This document shows positions 20,914 to 32,488 of a stretch of 64,000 bases of DNA, piece by piece; position 1 is the stretch's first letter; every line of letters begins with the position of its first letter. The notes beneath the pieces are model-generated. The model made no database searches. It saw nothing but the letters and a program-made list of their open reading frames with translations, and was not told the DNA's origin. The position numbers and the translations under genes are program-made. This DNA comes from Corallochytrium limacisporum Hawaii. Taxonomy: Eukaryota > Protista > Pluriformea. The stretch is from contig PDIP01000030.1 in the NCBI GenBank assembly GCA_002811645.1, positions 263,177-327,176 on the forward strand, read 5' to 3'.

Positions 20914-23562
20914 AATGATGGCAGCATCAGGTGTACTTCATCATTTGATGTCGCCGTGTGTATTGGACAGGATCGCATACACACCTTCCTTTCGTATGTC
21001 CATGAAATGACCGTAAGCAAAAGCTGTACCATATTCATTCTTTCATTACAAACCATTTCAAATTTTCCTACTCTCTACATTCCTCCGTTACTATGCCCAC
21101 AACATCCGACTCTCCAACAAGGGCAATGAAGGCGATTATCGTCATTCACCTCAGTGTATTCTTCGTTCCATCCGGGCTTGCCCCTTCGTGACCTCTGAAC
21201 TGAAATGGGAGTCCATTTCTGGCGCGAAACCTTGGGGCCTCAGGAGCAACCCCCCCATTAACCCCGCTCTGCTGGCTGGCCCGGTGTGGTAGGGAGCTGG
21301 GGATCCCCCCTCTCCCACCTTCTCTCCCTTCCCTCCCCTCTCTCTGGGGTAATTTTTTTTTCCATTAACCTCATTGTTCGCTATCCGCCCGCTGTGGGAA
21401 AATCATAAAAAACACAGTTCTCCCCCTTCCCTCCCTTTCTTCTTCTTCTCTTCCTTGCTGGCCGAAGAGTCAACCGTGCCCCTCCTCCCTCCCCTTCTTC
21501 CCTCACCCAAGGAGAAAATACAATGGAAAATGTGCCCAGAAAAACGGAAAACCACGCGCACTGTTGATCGCCACTTGGAAAACCGGAAAAAGAAGGGGCA
21601 AACAAAGAGACCGGGAGATTTTTTTGCGGGAAGTGTTTTGCCAGGGGGGGGGGGAGTGTACAGAAGGGGTGCGAGGCTGGAGTGTCGGATGAGAGAGAGG
21701 GAAGGGGGGGGGGACCACAGCCAGACAGCTGTGTGCGGTTTGAGGTCACTTCTCCGGTCCCTGCCAGCGGGAGTGGGTGCGGTTTCGTGGATGTGCATGC
21801 ACACACAACACACAAGAGAACAACTGTGGTAAGTGTTATTGTGATGATGGGAGCGTTTTCGCGCTGATGAAAACATCATCTGTCCGATTATTTGCATGGA
21901 CGAATATGTGACATGCGTGCTGCTGCTACGATGCTTTGATCTCTCTGCTGCATGTCCGGTGTGTCCTCAGATTCGATACTTAGGAACGGGCAATAGATAC
22001 ATAGATACTTGCATGGAACGTCTGTTTCTCTGAAGAATGAACGTCAACTCCTATCCGTTGAGCATTGCTTGTCTTCTGCCCTAATCTTTGTCCATCAGTG
22101 CGTGCTCCCATTGCTATTTGTGTTTTTTTTGGGGGGGGGGGAGGACTGCCTGACTGTCTGAATGTCTCGTGTCCTTTGTCTGTGACTCCCGTGCTGTGCG
22201 GCCCCATTGTATGACTGCGAGCTCTGGTGTTTGTGCTTGTCAGCAACGACGACGCATGGGAAACTCTGCGTTTCTAAAGCGAGCAGAGATGTACACACTC
22301 TTTATATAGCATACCCAGCACAACGCGGTATGCGGACCCGCTCCCTCTACGCAGCCCCTAGTTTTCTCGCACCAAAACTAAGGAGCTCGAAGGCTGGGCA
22401 CCTGCCAAAAGCCACTGGGGCTTGCTGTGCGCAAGTGGAGGAAACCCAGAAAGGACCTTACACAGACACACACATACGCAGTGAGTGGACCATGGACACC
22501 GATGGAAAATCAGAAATGAACGCACATACACCGGAAAGTGTACTCGACATCGCGTTCTGCGCATCGTCGACGCAATTCTCAGATCGAAGGTTTAGGAAAC
22601 CGGGGACACTTCCAACATATCCGCATGGCAGCATCCTAAAGCGACACAGAATGGCCCAGTAACTCCTGTCACAAGGAAGTCAAGAGGATGTATTCGAATA
22701 GAGTATAATATTGTGCTCGACGGTTGCGCTGCACTTTTCCGTGCACATTGACGGAGGCCGAGAAACTTTGACACACCTGCTACACTCATTCATTGTCCAT
22801 GCGGACGACGATTACGAACGATTACGAACGCAACCCACCGGTAGAGTGGGTTCTGAACACAAGTTTGCTCACACGGGGCAACCGTATAGGAAATGCTCGT
22901 ATACAGACGGGCCTGTTTCGTCCCCCCCCCCCTCGGGGGGGGGGGCCGGCGGGGCGCTTCTACCCCCGTCTGGTCAGTTGACACGGGTGCGTGTATTTCA
23001 TGAGGTACGTACGGTTCCTTCCGGAAATCGGTGTCACGATGATCACGATGTAATGTCCATCTCTTGCTCTGCACGGTCTTTCATGGTTCGTCGCATCATG
23101 GTCTGCGGCCAACTTGGTTGAGAGTGCACCCAAAGTGTATCCTTTTTTACTTTGGCTTTTCTATTTCTGTGGGCCTGTCAGTATATAGCCCACTATTTGG
23201 TTAGGACTGAAAGGGAACACACCAAAGCAAAAACAGAAAAAGAGGAAAGAAAACAGGACCCAAAACACAATAGAAGAAACACGGGAGAGGTGCGGCCGCG
23301 GCGGATTTTCTGTTGCCGTTGCTTCCTCTTTCCTCCAGTTTTGGAAGAAAGTTATGTATGGCGGCGGTGGGTGATATTGCCCTGCGCATGTTCTGTGGCA
23401 GCGGGAGGTGATTGGGGAGGCGTTGCTGCAGGCTGCAGGTATGAGAAAAGGCTTGATGTGGTCACATGACCATGCAGTTATACCAAGCTCATTTTCCAAG
23501 TACGCCAGGGGGATCTGTCATAGTAGCTGTGTGTATCCTGTAACTGACTTCATAATTGAACC

Positions 23563-25035
23563 ATGGATCCCAATGAGTTCCGCAAGCACGGCCATGCCAT
23601 GGTCGAGTGGATTGCCGAATATTACGAGAACCTAGACAAGAAGGAAGTCTCGGTTCTACCGTCTGTACAACCTGATTACCTGAAGGAACTGATTCCAAAG
23701 GAAGCACCGGAACAGCCGGAGTCCTTCGAACAGGTCATGGAGGATGTGAACACGAAGATCTTACCCGGTGTCACGCACTGGCAGCATCCCAACTTTTACG
23801 CATACTATCCGGCGGGCACCAGCCATCCTGCCACCCTGGCTGACATGCTCAGCGGTGCGTTAGGATCAATTGGCTTCACTTGGATATCCACCCCAGCCTG
23901 CACGGAGCTCGAAATCATTGTCATGGACTGGATGGCCCGGGGTCAGCAGCTCCCCGACTGTTTTCTCTCGGACTCTGAGACCGGAGGCGGCGTGATTCAG
24001 GGCACAGCCTCCGAAGCGGCACTGGTTACTCTGCTCGCTGCAAAAAAGCGTCAATTGATCCGCATGAATAAGCTCGGCAGCGGTGAAGAGGGTGCCGCCA
24101 CAGACAAATTCATTGTGTACGTGAGCGATCAGAGCCACAACAGCGGCGCAAAGAATGCAAAGATTGCGCAGTTGAAGCTGCGCACGATCAAGTCGGAACC
24201 GGGCACCATGCGCATTACTGGCGCGGCGGTGAAGGCGGCGATGGAAGAAGACGACGCCAAAGGACTGATTCCGATCTATGTCATGGCCACTGCGGGTACG
24301 ACTTCCAGCTGTGCATTCGATGACCTCCAGGGAATTGGCAAGATTTGTTCAGAGAAAGGAATCTGGATGCACATTGACTCTGCCTACGCGGGCACCGCTT
24401 TCTTCTGTCCGGAACATCGTCCCCTGCTGGACGGTGTGGAGTACGCAGAGTCCTACAACTTCAATCCACACAAGTGGATGATGGTCAACTTTGATTGCTC
24501 TGCCCTCTGGGTCAAGAACAAGAACGATGTTCTGAGTACATTCAGTGATAATCCGATCTTTTTGCAGTACAAGCGGTCTGCGGAGACCACAGACTATAAG
24601 AATTGGCAGATCCCCTTGGGACGGCGGTTCCGGGCTTTGAAGCTCTGGTTTGTCATGCGCATGTTCGGTCTGGAGGGCATCCGCAAGCACGTGCGTCTGC
24701 ACTGCCGCCTGAACCAGCACTTCGCTGCCCTTGTCGAACAGGATGATCGCTTCGCCATCGTCGCAAAGCCGATGATGGGGCTGACTTGCTTCGCTCTGAA
24801 GGCCGGCAAGGAAGCCACTGAGCACCTCCTTGATGCCATAACCAAGGAAGGAGAGTACTACATGATCCAAACTCAGCTCCACGATGTCTACTGCATTCGC
24901 TTTGCCATAACCAACCCACGGGCTACGGAGCAGCACATTCAAGACGCATGGACGTGCATCCAGAGACACGCGACTGAGGTGTTGAACGATGCTGCTGGAC
25001 AGCAACAGAACGGTGTTAATGGCCATGCCAAGTAG
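23563..25035 (+). CDS. DDC: Aromatic-L-amino-acid (DOPA/tyrosine/tryptophan) decarboxylase, PLP-dependent group II
   Basis: MDPNEFRKHGHAMVEWIAEY, PGVTHWQHPNFYAYYP, TELE, GGGVIQGTASEA, HIDSAYAG, NFNPHKW (PLP lysine), WQIPLGRRFRALKLW. Confidence 0.95.
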   Translation: MDPNEFRKHGHAMVEWIAEYYENLDKKEVSVLPSVQPDYLKELIPKEAPEQPESFEQVMEDVNTKILPGVTHWQHPNFYAYYPAGTSHPATLADMLSGALGSIGFTWISTPACTELEIIVMDWMARGQQLPDCFLSDSETGGGVIQGTASEAALVTLLAAKKRQLIRMNKLGSGEEGAATDKFIVYVSDQSHNSGAKNAKIAQLKLRTIKSEPGTMRITGAAVKAAMEEDDAKGLIPIYVMATAGTTSSCAFDDLQGIGKICSEKGIWMHIDSAYAGTAFFCPEHRPLLDGVEYAESYNFNPHKWMMVNFDCSALWVKNKNDVLSTFSDNPIFLQYKRSAETTDYKNWQIPLGRRFRALKLWFVMRMFGLEGIRKHVRLHCRLNQHFAALVEQDDRFAIVAKPMMGLTCFALKAGKEATEHLLDAITKEGEYYMIQTQLHDVYCIRFAITNPRATEQHIQDAWTCIQRHATEVLNDAAGQQQNGVNGHAK

Positions 25036-27640
25036 AACGATAAACAGCGAAATCGGGTTGCGACACCAAGTCATCGTATTGCATCCCATCACGCATCACT
25101 CATCAACGGTGTGTCATTCACAGGATGGGAAGTTCTTGACCACCGAGAATCCCATGGAATCTGTATCATACGCAGAAATGCAACACCAAGTGTTTTATTA
25201 GACATTCACAGTAAAGTTCATCTGTAAAAAGAACAAACCCCATCCATGCCTTCCACTCAACGCCATCGTTGGCGAAAGATTCCATCAACACGGAGGCGAT
25301 CAGTGCCCCCGTAGAGATCCCACCCCGAACACCCGTGCCCCAGCCACTGTGGCGGTTGGTGGTGCCAACCCCACCGGCCCGTTCTCTCCTCCGGCTTATC
25401 GCAGTCGTCCATCGCGCTTGCCCGGTGGTGGTAGGGCCGTGCGCGGGGCTCCCTAACCCCCCTCCTTCCCTTTCCTCTGGCCGGAGAGTGGTTGGTTGAT
25501 TTCACCTCGGTGGCTGACCTAAGTACTAAATGCATGGGAAAAACTGAAGACCAACAAAATAAAAGGGGCGGAGCCAGGAAGGAAATATAGGGGGAGGAGG
25601 TGGGAGGCAGCGTCACCCAGAAAAAGAAATAGCCAAGTAAGGCGAAAGGAATTTCTCAATCAATCATAAATCATTTTCCATCAAAAGCTTTCCCACCACC
25701 CAAGAGTGTATTTACTATGGATCCCCAGGGGATGACTGACTGGCCGGAGGCGTAAAAAGAGAAATGGTGGGGTGGGGCTGTGGGGCTGTCGCTGCGCTGC
25801 GCATGGAGCGGAGACGAGACACACAGCAACACACACACACGCGATGCGGCGCGAGTAGAAAGTAAACGGGTCGCCAAAGGCAAAAAGAACGAGGAAACGA
25901 TGGAAAACCCTCCCGGGGTAAAGGCAGATGAAGAGGAAGGGGGGGGGGGGCAAATAAAAATGACGGGAACCAGGCCACCCCGAGAAATGCAATTAGGCCC
26001 CCGTAGTTGTCATACATTCACTATACAACCAGCAAACCACGACAGAGCAAGGAGGGAGAAAGGGGGGGGGGGAGACGGCGTCGTCGTCGTCGTCGCCGTC
26101 GCGGAACAGGTTAGTCCCCGGAGAAAGAAGGAAATAAAAAAAAGAAGGGAAGGGCAGGGCCCCCGAGACTGCTTGTGGCAAAGTTTCTATTTCTTTTTTT
26201 TTTTTGGTTCGGCGCTGCGGGTCTCTCCTGGGTACCCCGCTGCTGCTGCTGGGCCTGTTACTTCTCAACTGGGGCTACCACCAACCAAATCGCCCTTCCC
26301 TTCCTTGCGGTTCCTGCCCTCTGCACCAAAAAAAAAATAGCGTGAGTCCCAAAGGAAAAAAAAAAGACAAAAAAGTATACCCCGCTCTTTGGGCTTTCCT
26401 TCCTGATTCCTTCGGCCTCTTTGTCTTCCTTCATTTTACTAAGGAATCAACTCCCCCACTTTTTTTTTTGTTGTTGACCCCCCCCCTTCCCTTCTCTCCC
26501 TTCCGGGTGATTGGTCTCTTCCTTTTCTTTTTGGTGGGTCTCTTGCTGCTTTTGATGAGGGGAGAGAGGGTGGGGTTTCTCTTGTGCCCCGTGTGTGTGT
26601 GTGTGTGTTGGTAGCTGTTGGTTCCCCTTTTCTACTGGCGCCGCGTCACCACATTCGGGCTGGCAGTACTGGAAGTATGCGAGTTTGGCGGCAAAGGAGG
26701 GACGAACGAGCCAGCCGCATGAGGAGCGCGGGACGAGAGCAGACGTTGCGACAGGGGCGGAGTGAGAGGGGGGTAGGGGCAGGCGAGACTTGGCAACAAC
26801 CCAGAAAGCAAGTAAGGAAAAGAAAGAATTGCAAAAGAAAGAAGGAGAACAAAGGGAAAGGAAACCGTCGAACGTTGACGCCCGGGAGGCCCCGGAGATG
26901 GCCCAAAAGGCGCGGTAGTGACCTTCCCCCCCCGGGGGGGAGGGGGGAAGTGGGTTGGTTGGTTGGTTGGGTAGCGGGGTGGATATCTGAAGGGCCCCGG
27001 GAAAGAGAGGAAGAAAAGGGGGGGGGGCTGGGTAGGGGGGTAAGGGCCCTTTTCGGGCCGCAGCCCAAGCGGCAGCGGCACAGGGACAGAGAGACCCCGA
27101 GGGGGAGGAAGGGGAGGAGGTGGTAGAGAGAGAGTGTGTGGAGAGAGCGAAGCCGTGAGCAGGAGGAGGCCGGGGGAAAAATCGGGGAAAGAGCGCGGCC
27201 CCAGGAGACACTGTCAAAGGCAATTGGTGCACAGCGATTCGCGTGGTGTGCTTGGCTTCCCGAGTTCTTTCGCTTTCCCGTGAGTTTTTGCCTGCCACAA
27301 GTCCCGGACGTCTGTTGGATGCGGCAATGTGACGTTTCGGATGCTGCAAACGGATGTGAACCCCGATTTAATTCGGGAATGTGCCACGTTCCGGGCGGGT
27401 AAGGAAGGCATCCCGTTGCCCCTTTTGGGTGCTACAGCCGGGGTACAAGAAATGGTCTTGCATGGTAACCGCGGTGGCAAGCAATGGAATCATTATTGGT
27501 TAGAATACTTTAATTGTATGTAGTCTTTGTTTGGAACACTATTTTCCATTTTCTTTTCGGGAAGATAGCCGAAACCACAAAATCTATTGGACATTGTCGA
27601 AACGCGTCCTCTAGTTTGAATTTTAGGGATACCAGCAATC

Positions 27641-29065
27641 ATGACCGTTTCCAACAGTGTTTTCGCATTTTTGGCGACGGGCATGTTGCTCACGGGTGCC
27701 GCCAATACAATCATGACCAAATTACAGGACAGAGTTGTTGCACCAGGACGGGATGGTAAGCTTGAGGCCTTCAACCATCCGGCCCTGCAGACTTGGATCA
27801 TGTTTCTGGGCGAGTTTCTTTGCCTGCTCGTCTTTAAGGGCACCGAGTGGTACTACGAACTGCGTTACATCACATTTAATCGGGACCGCAGCCGGGAGAT
27901 CAAGATCGAAATACCGAGCCGCAGCAAAGCACCGCCGTGTTATCTTTTTGCATTGCCCACATTGTGTGACATGACAGCAACGACGCTTATGAACATTGGA
28001 CTGCTCTTCACCACAGCCTCAGTATACCAAATGCTTCGGGGTGCCATGGTCCTGTTCACGGCCATTTTCAGTGTCATTTTCCTCAAGCGCAAGTTGACGT
28101 TGCACCACTATGTCGGACTCTTTGGCGTGGTAACCGGTATTGTGTTGGTGGGTATGAGCTCCATGATTTTCCCGTCATCGGACGGTAAGGCGGAGATTCC
28201 CTCGGATCCGTTGTTGGGCAACACGTTGATTTTTGGGGCCCAGGTCATTGTCGCGACACAATTCGTAGTCGAGGAAAAAGTGATTGGCAAGTATTCGGTC
28301 CCTGCACTGCAGGCAGTCGGTATGGAAGGGTTCTGGGGCCTGTTGCTGACCACGCTCTTGCTACCAGTACTGCAGTACGTACAAGTGAACGGTAAGCCTG
28401 TTGAGGATACGATTGACGCATTCGTGATGATGGAACACAGTGTCACGCTGGTAGTGACCATGATCGGAAGCGCGCTTACTATTGCGGTCTTCAATTTCTT
28501 TGGGGTTAGTGTCACCAAGAAGATGAGCGCCACCCATCGTACCACCATTGACTCCATGCGGACACTTATTATCTGGTTGGTTGCCTTGATGCTTGGATGG
28601 GAATCCTTCAACTGGCTTCAGTTACTCGGGTTTGCAATCATGGTTTATGGTACCTTCACCTACAACGAAATTCTTGCACTTCCGGGAGAGCGGAAGATCT
28701 CACGATGGCTGGGCACGGCTACGAGCAAGGCCAAAGCCAAACTTGGTATTGCCGCGGCCAGCACACCGCCCTCCGTGGATGAACGGGCGCCTTTGCTTGG
28801 TGTGCGCGGTCGGCCACTCATCGTGTCACCGTCAGAAGACGAGAGCTCCGTGGTCAGCCTCAGTGCGGGAGGCATTGGGGAAGGAGCCACAGCTTCGGAC
28901 ATGGAGGCCAGCCAGCGGTCCTTGCACCGCAGCCGTATGGAAGTGCGCATCAGGTATTACCAGCAACTCGGCATTCCAGAAGTGGTTGTGCTGCCGGACT
29001 TTGTCTACACATCGTTACGTCGTTTCCGCGATTGGCAGAGCGAAGGCGGACTGCTTCTGCGATAG
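27641..29065 (+). CDS. SLC35F6-like nucleotide-sugar/DMT-superfamily transporter
   Basis: About 10 TM helices. FNHPALQTWIMFLGEFLCL, PTLCDMTAT, ASVYQMLRGAM, QFVVEEK, VGMEGFWG, FNFFGVSVTKKMSATHRTTIDSMRT. Confidence 0.9.
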   Translation: MTVSNSVFAFLATGMLLTGAANTIMTKLQDRVVAPGRDGKLEAFNHPALQTWIMFLGEFLCLLVFKGTEWYYELRYITFNRDRSREIKIEIPSRSKAPPCYLFALPTLCDMTATTLMNIGLLFTTASVYQMLRGAMVLFTAIFSVIFLKRKLTLHHYVGLFGVVTGIVLVGMSSMIFPSSDGKAEIPSDPLLGNTLIFGAQVIVATQFVVEEKVIGKYSVPALQAVGMEGFWGLLLTTLLLPVLQYVQVNGKPVEDTIDAFVMMEHSVTLVVTMIGSALTIAVFNFFGVSVTKKMSATHRTTIDSMRTLIIWLVALMLGWESFNWLQLLGFAIMVYGTFTYNEILALPGERKISRWLGTATSKAKAKLGIAAASTPPSVDERAPLLGVRGRPLIVSPSEDESSVVSLSAGGIGEGATASDMEASQRSLHRSRMEVRIRYYQQLGIPEVVVLPDFVYTSLRRFRDWQSEGGLLLR

Positions 29066-29220
29066 GGTTCTTAGCCGGCTCAAGAATGGAGATGTCTTCA
29101 ATACCCTACCATGTCGGGCACATCAGGCTTCCTTGAAAGGGCTGTTTCTTTGATTTGAATTTTTGTATCCATAGTTTAGTTTCCTTTGAAAAATCATGCG
29201 CAAATCTTGCCCGCACCTTT

Positions 29221-29223
<3 letters not shown>

Positions 29224-29290
<67 letters not shown>

Positions 29291-29310
29291 ACACACACAC
29301 AGAGAGAGAG
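29224..29310. repeat. (CA)32 microsatellite followed by short CA/GA runs
   Basis: Read directly, downstream of the SLC35F6-like stop codon. Confidence 0.95.
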
Positions 29311-29853
29311 ACGGAGAGATCTTTCGTCATCGTTACCGTCATCGGTTGCTAGATCAATTTCATATTAAGTAAACATATCATGACTTTGAACTAATCATCC
29401 AAAACCGGCCTGGAAATGCAGGCTCTCAATTCATCACTCTACCGCAGTCACCCGAGACTGAGATTGTAGACACCACCGTGTTTTGCCCGCGATCGCCCCC
29501 TGCCGAACACCTCCGCAGCGGGCTCTGTGCTCAGAGCCCAGAAGCCGAGTGAAGACGACGGGGAAGGGGAGGGAGCGCTTTCAGGGTCGAAGGAGTGGCG
29601 CACAGCGTCAGGAGTTGGTTTCTCTGTTGCGGTCTCCTTTCAAAATGCGAAAGCTGTTCGCACCGTTGGGTATTCAAATCTATGGCTCCAGAAAACAGAA
29701 GGTTCAGCTTTGTCTAGTTGTAGGCACAGCATAGATCGGTGGACCAGGACGCCGACAATGAAGTGAGTTAGCATCCTTGGGTCCCCTGCACATGAGCGAA
29801 GCCGTACGGACGCCCGCGAAGAAACCAACTTGTGTTCAGCTGCAGATACAAGA

Positions 29854-31752
29854 ATGAGCCTGCCGCATCGGGCATCAACGGCCACAAAAAAGGCCCTTAG
29901 CAAGCTTGTGATACCTGAGCGATTGTCCAAATCATGCCGGCAGGCCATGGACGACTGGGAGTTCTTCTTTGTACCGAAGGTCCGAGTCGGTTATGCCTTC
30001 ACATACGATCCTTTGTTGCCACAGGTGCTTGGTCGTGCTAAGAACGACAAGAACCCTAATGGTGTGCGTAAGTATCGCATGCGAGAAGCCTATTTTAAGT
30101 ATGGTCAGAGGTTCTATCCGATCCCTAAGGAGTTACCGTTAGGTCCACGAACTAAAGTGGAAGCGATTCGCCTCGCTCTGTACCACTGGCAGAGTGTAGA
30201 CGTTCTGAGGCGTAAGCATACACTAATTCGTAGTTCTGGCGGTGTTCTTGACCACAGCCAACCGGTAGATAATTTCGCAGAGACACCGACCATTACCGCA
30301 GGCACTGGAGAGTCAGTGTCAGGCATGGCACCGGTACCAACGGAAACGCTCTCCGAGACCTGGAGTAATTCGTCTCAGCATCACCGCGAGACACCGTCTG
30401 TAACCTTTGAAGAAGGTAGGACAGAGTCAACGATAGTTACCGTGGACACTGCTGCTGAAGAATCAGTGGCTGGCGTCCAAGAGTCGCACTCTACTTTGAC
30501 GGAGGCCCCGTCAATTCAGCCGGAGTCGATGTCTCTGCCCACGAGTCAACCGCCTGGTGCTGAACACGAGCTCGAGGATAGTAATGGAGATAGTGACATC
30601 ATCTACAAAGAAACACCTACGACATACAGCGCCTGGGGTGAGAGCCTGACCCATGCCAACAGCAGTGGCAGCGGGGCCGGCCTCGAACATCAGTCTCTGA
30701 CCCACACATATGACGACGGCGTAGGCCGCCCAGATGCAGTGCCACCCCCAAAGGAACTAGACTACGGCGCACAAGGTCTCTTACCGCCGGGCACGGACGA
30801 GTACACGCGTGCTGCGGTCGATCTATGGTCCTTTGTCTACGACACAGACAGCTACCACCTGGACCATGCCATTGAGTACCAGATCATCCGAGCCGCGTGG
30901 TGGCGTGCAACCGTACGTTATTCAATGGAGAGCGAGCTGTTGCCACCATCGCATACACTTAACAGTAGGCATGCGCGATCATCGTCGACTGCCATCGCGG
31001 CACGTAGGCGCCATTCACGCATGCCTTTGATCCTAAACTATCTGTCCCACTTTAGCACAAACCTGAATGTAACGCGCACGCCCATCAATTTACGCAAGGC
31101 ACGGGCCGTGGAGAGGAGCCTGAAGGCCATCAGTGGGCCGATCGTGACCTTGGCCAGAGCCGGCGACGTGATCGACAACAAACAGTTGCATCACCTCAGC
31201 GATGGATCCGACCTGGATGCAGAGATGGAGAAGAACTTGGAGATCTACACTACTGCCTGGATGGCCTGGCTTAACAACTTACTACGTCCCGGTAAGCATG
31301 ATCCCAGCCGTCGCTTGGCCAGTGCCTCGATTGCGGATAAAGCCAAAAAGTTATCCCCACACGCCAACCGTCATGCGCACCGGCAACATGCCCGCTTCCT
31401 GGGCAAGAACGATCCACCACCACCAGGGTTCATCTCTTTCCGCACGGCCTTTTTGCAAGAAGCCCGTTCTGCTGGCGATGCCGAGCCGGAACAATTTGCT
31501 CAGGGAAATTCACAGGTCACTTTGAACCACATCCAAGCCAAGATGCAGTCAGCGCTGAGTGATATGCTAAGCGGCCTGTCCAACTGCTTGGTACAGGAAC
31601 GCATGGCTGATGATCCTATGTGCGTTCTCTTTGAAGAGGAACTGGCTCGTATCGGCAACTGGTTGCTGCGTTGGGAACCCACGGATCCGCTGGCGGCCGT
31701 GGCGACTGAGAGCCAGGAGTATCTGCGCGATCTCGATGTGGACATGGAATAA
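29854..31752 (+). CDS. Hypothetical protein with HNH/His-Me-finger-like motif
   Basis: 632-aa ORF from the first ATG (track starts at a TTG, 29830). HLDHAIEYQ ... NLNVT..INLRK motif; Ser/Thr/Glu-rich central linker. Confidence 0.6.
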   Translation: MSLPHRASTATKKALSKLVIPERLSKSCRQAMDDWEFFFVPKVRVGYAFTYDPLLPQVLGRAKNDKNPNGVRKYRMREAYFKYGQRFYPIPKELPLGPRTKVEAIRLALYHWQSVDVLRRKHTLIRSSGGVLDHSQPVDNFAETPTITAGTGESVSGMAPVPTETLSETWSNSSQHHRETPSVTFEEGRTESTIVTVDTAAEESVAGVQESHSTLTEAPSIQPESMSLPTSQPPGAEHELEDSNGDSDIIYKETPTTYSAWGESLTHANSSGSGAGLEHQSLTHTYDDGVGRPDAVPPPKELDYGAQGLLPPGTDEYTRAAVDLWSFVYDTDSYHLDHAIEYQIIRAAWWRATVRYSMESELLPPSHTLNSRHARSSSTAIAARRRHSRMPLILNYLSHFSTNLNVTRTPINLRKARAVERSLKAISGPIVTLARAGDVIDNKQLHHLSDGSDLDAEMEKNLEIYTTAWMAWLNNLLRPGKHDPSRRLASASIADKAKKLSPHANRHAHRQHARFLGKNDPPPPGFISFRTAFLQEARSAGDAEPEQFAQGNSQVTLNHIQAKMQSALSDMLSGLSNCLVQERMADDPMCVLFEEELARIGNWLLRWEPTDPLAAVATESQEYLRDLDVDME

Positions 31753-32488
31753 TTATGTGGGCATCCAATATGTCTCTTCAACTGCCCACCATCATAATCT
31801 AGTAAGTGCATCATCATGACCCCATATGTTAATAGAAACTCATAAACTAGTATGAGCATCTTAGAAGCATCTACCGATGGACTTCTAACAGGTCCCTCCT
31901 TCTGTGTCTGCTGCTCCTCCCTTGTTCTGGTCGGCCCAGTCTCCGGGTGTCGACATCACTGCACACGCGAGCCCTTTCCAAAACCATTTCCCACTTGCAC
32001 CAAAAGGAAGGAGAGGGAGGGAGGGGGAGGGAGCAGGGAGTGGGATGTGCCGTAGCCGGTGCCAGGCGATCTTGCCGACCGGTGGGGCCCCTGCCTCTCA
32101 TGATCAGCTGGGCGGCAGTGAGAGCCCCGAGAGGGTCTGAACGGACACGGACGGTATGACGATTGGACGAATGGGAACAATTCCGAGTGCCGCTGAGACT
32201 AAGAATAGTGTGCGAACAGAAGATTGCAGAACTACGGTCACCATGTGGGTATTCAGGTGAACTGTGACTTTCGTAGGGCACGCTGACCAGGCTGATCAGT
32301 TTGGGTAGCCTTCCACAATCAGTATCTATACTTTCTTCGTTGCAAAGAGGTGGTTGGTTTGACCGAGTTAGTGGATGCCAGATGTACTTGTGAGATCTCA
32401 AGCAAATTTTTGGCATTGAAAGTTTCTTGGGTTGGAAGTAGAACACTGGAGTTGGTTTCCAGCCTCGGTACATTAGTACGGAGCGGTA

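Noticed and set aside
21864-21875. CTGATGA..AAAC hammerhead-ribozyme-like core
   Set aside because: No stem II between CTGATGA and GAAA, and no matching cleavage arm.
26447-27349. 300-aa minus-strand ORF and overlapping ORFs in 25250-27400
   Set aside because: Pro/Phe/Gly-rich translation of homopolymer promoter tracts; TTG start and no protein-like motifs.
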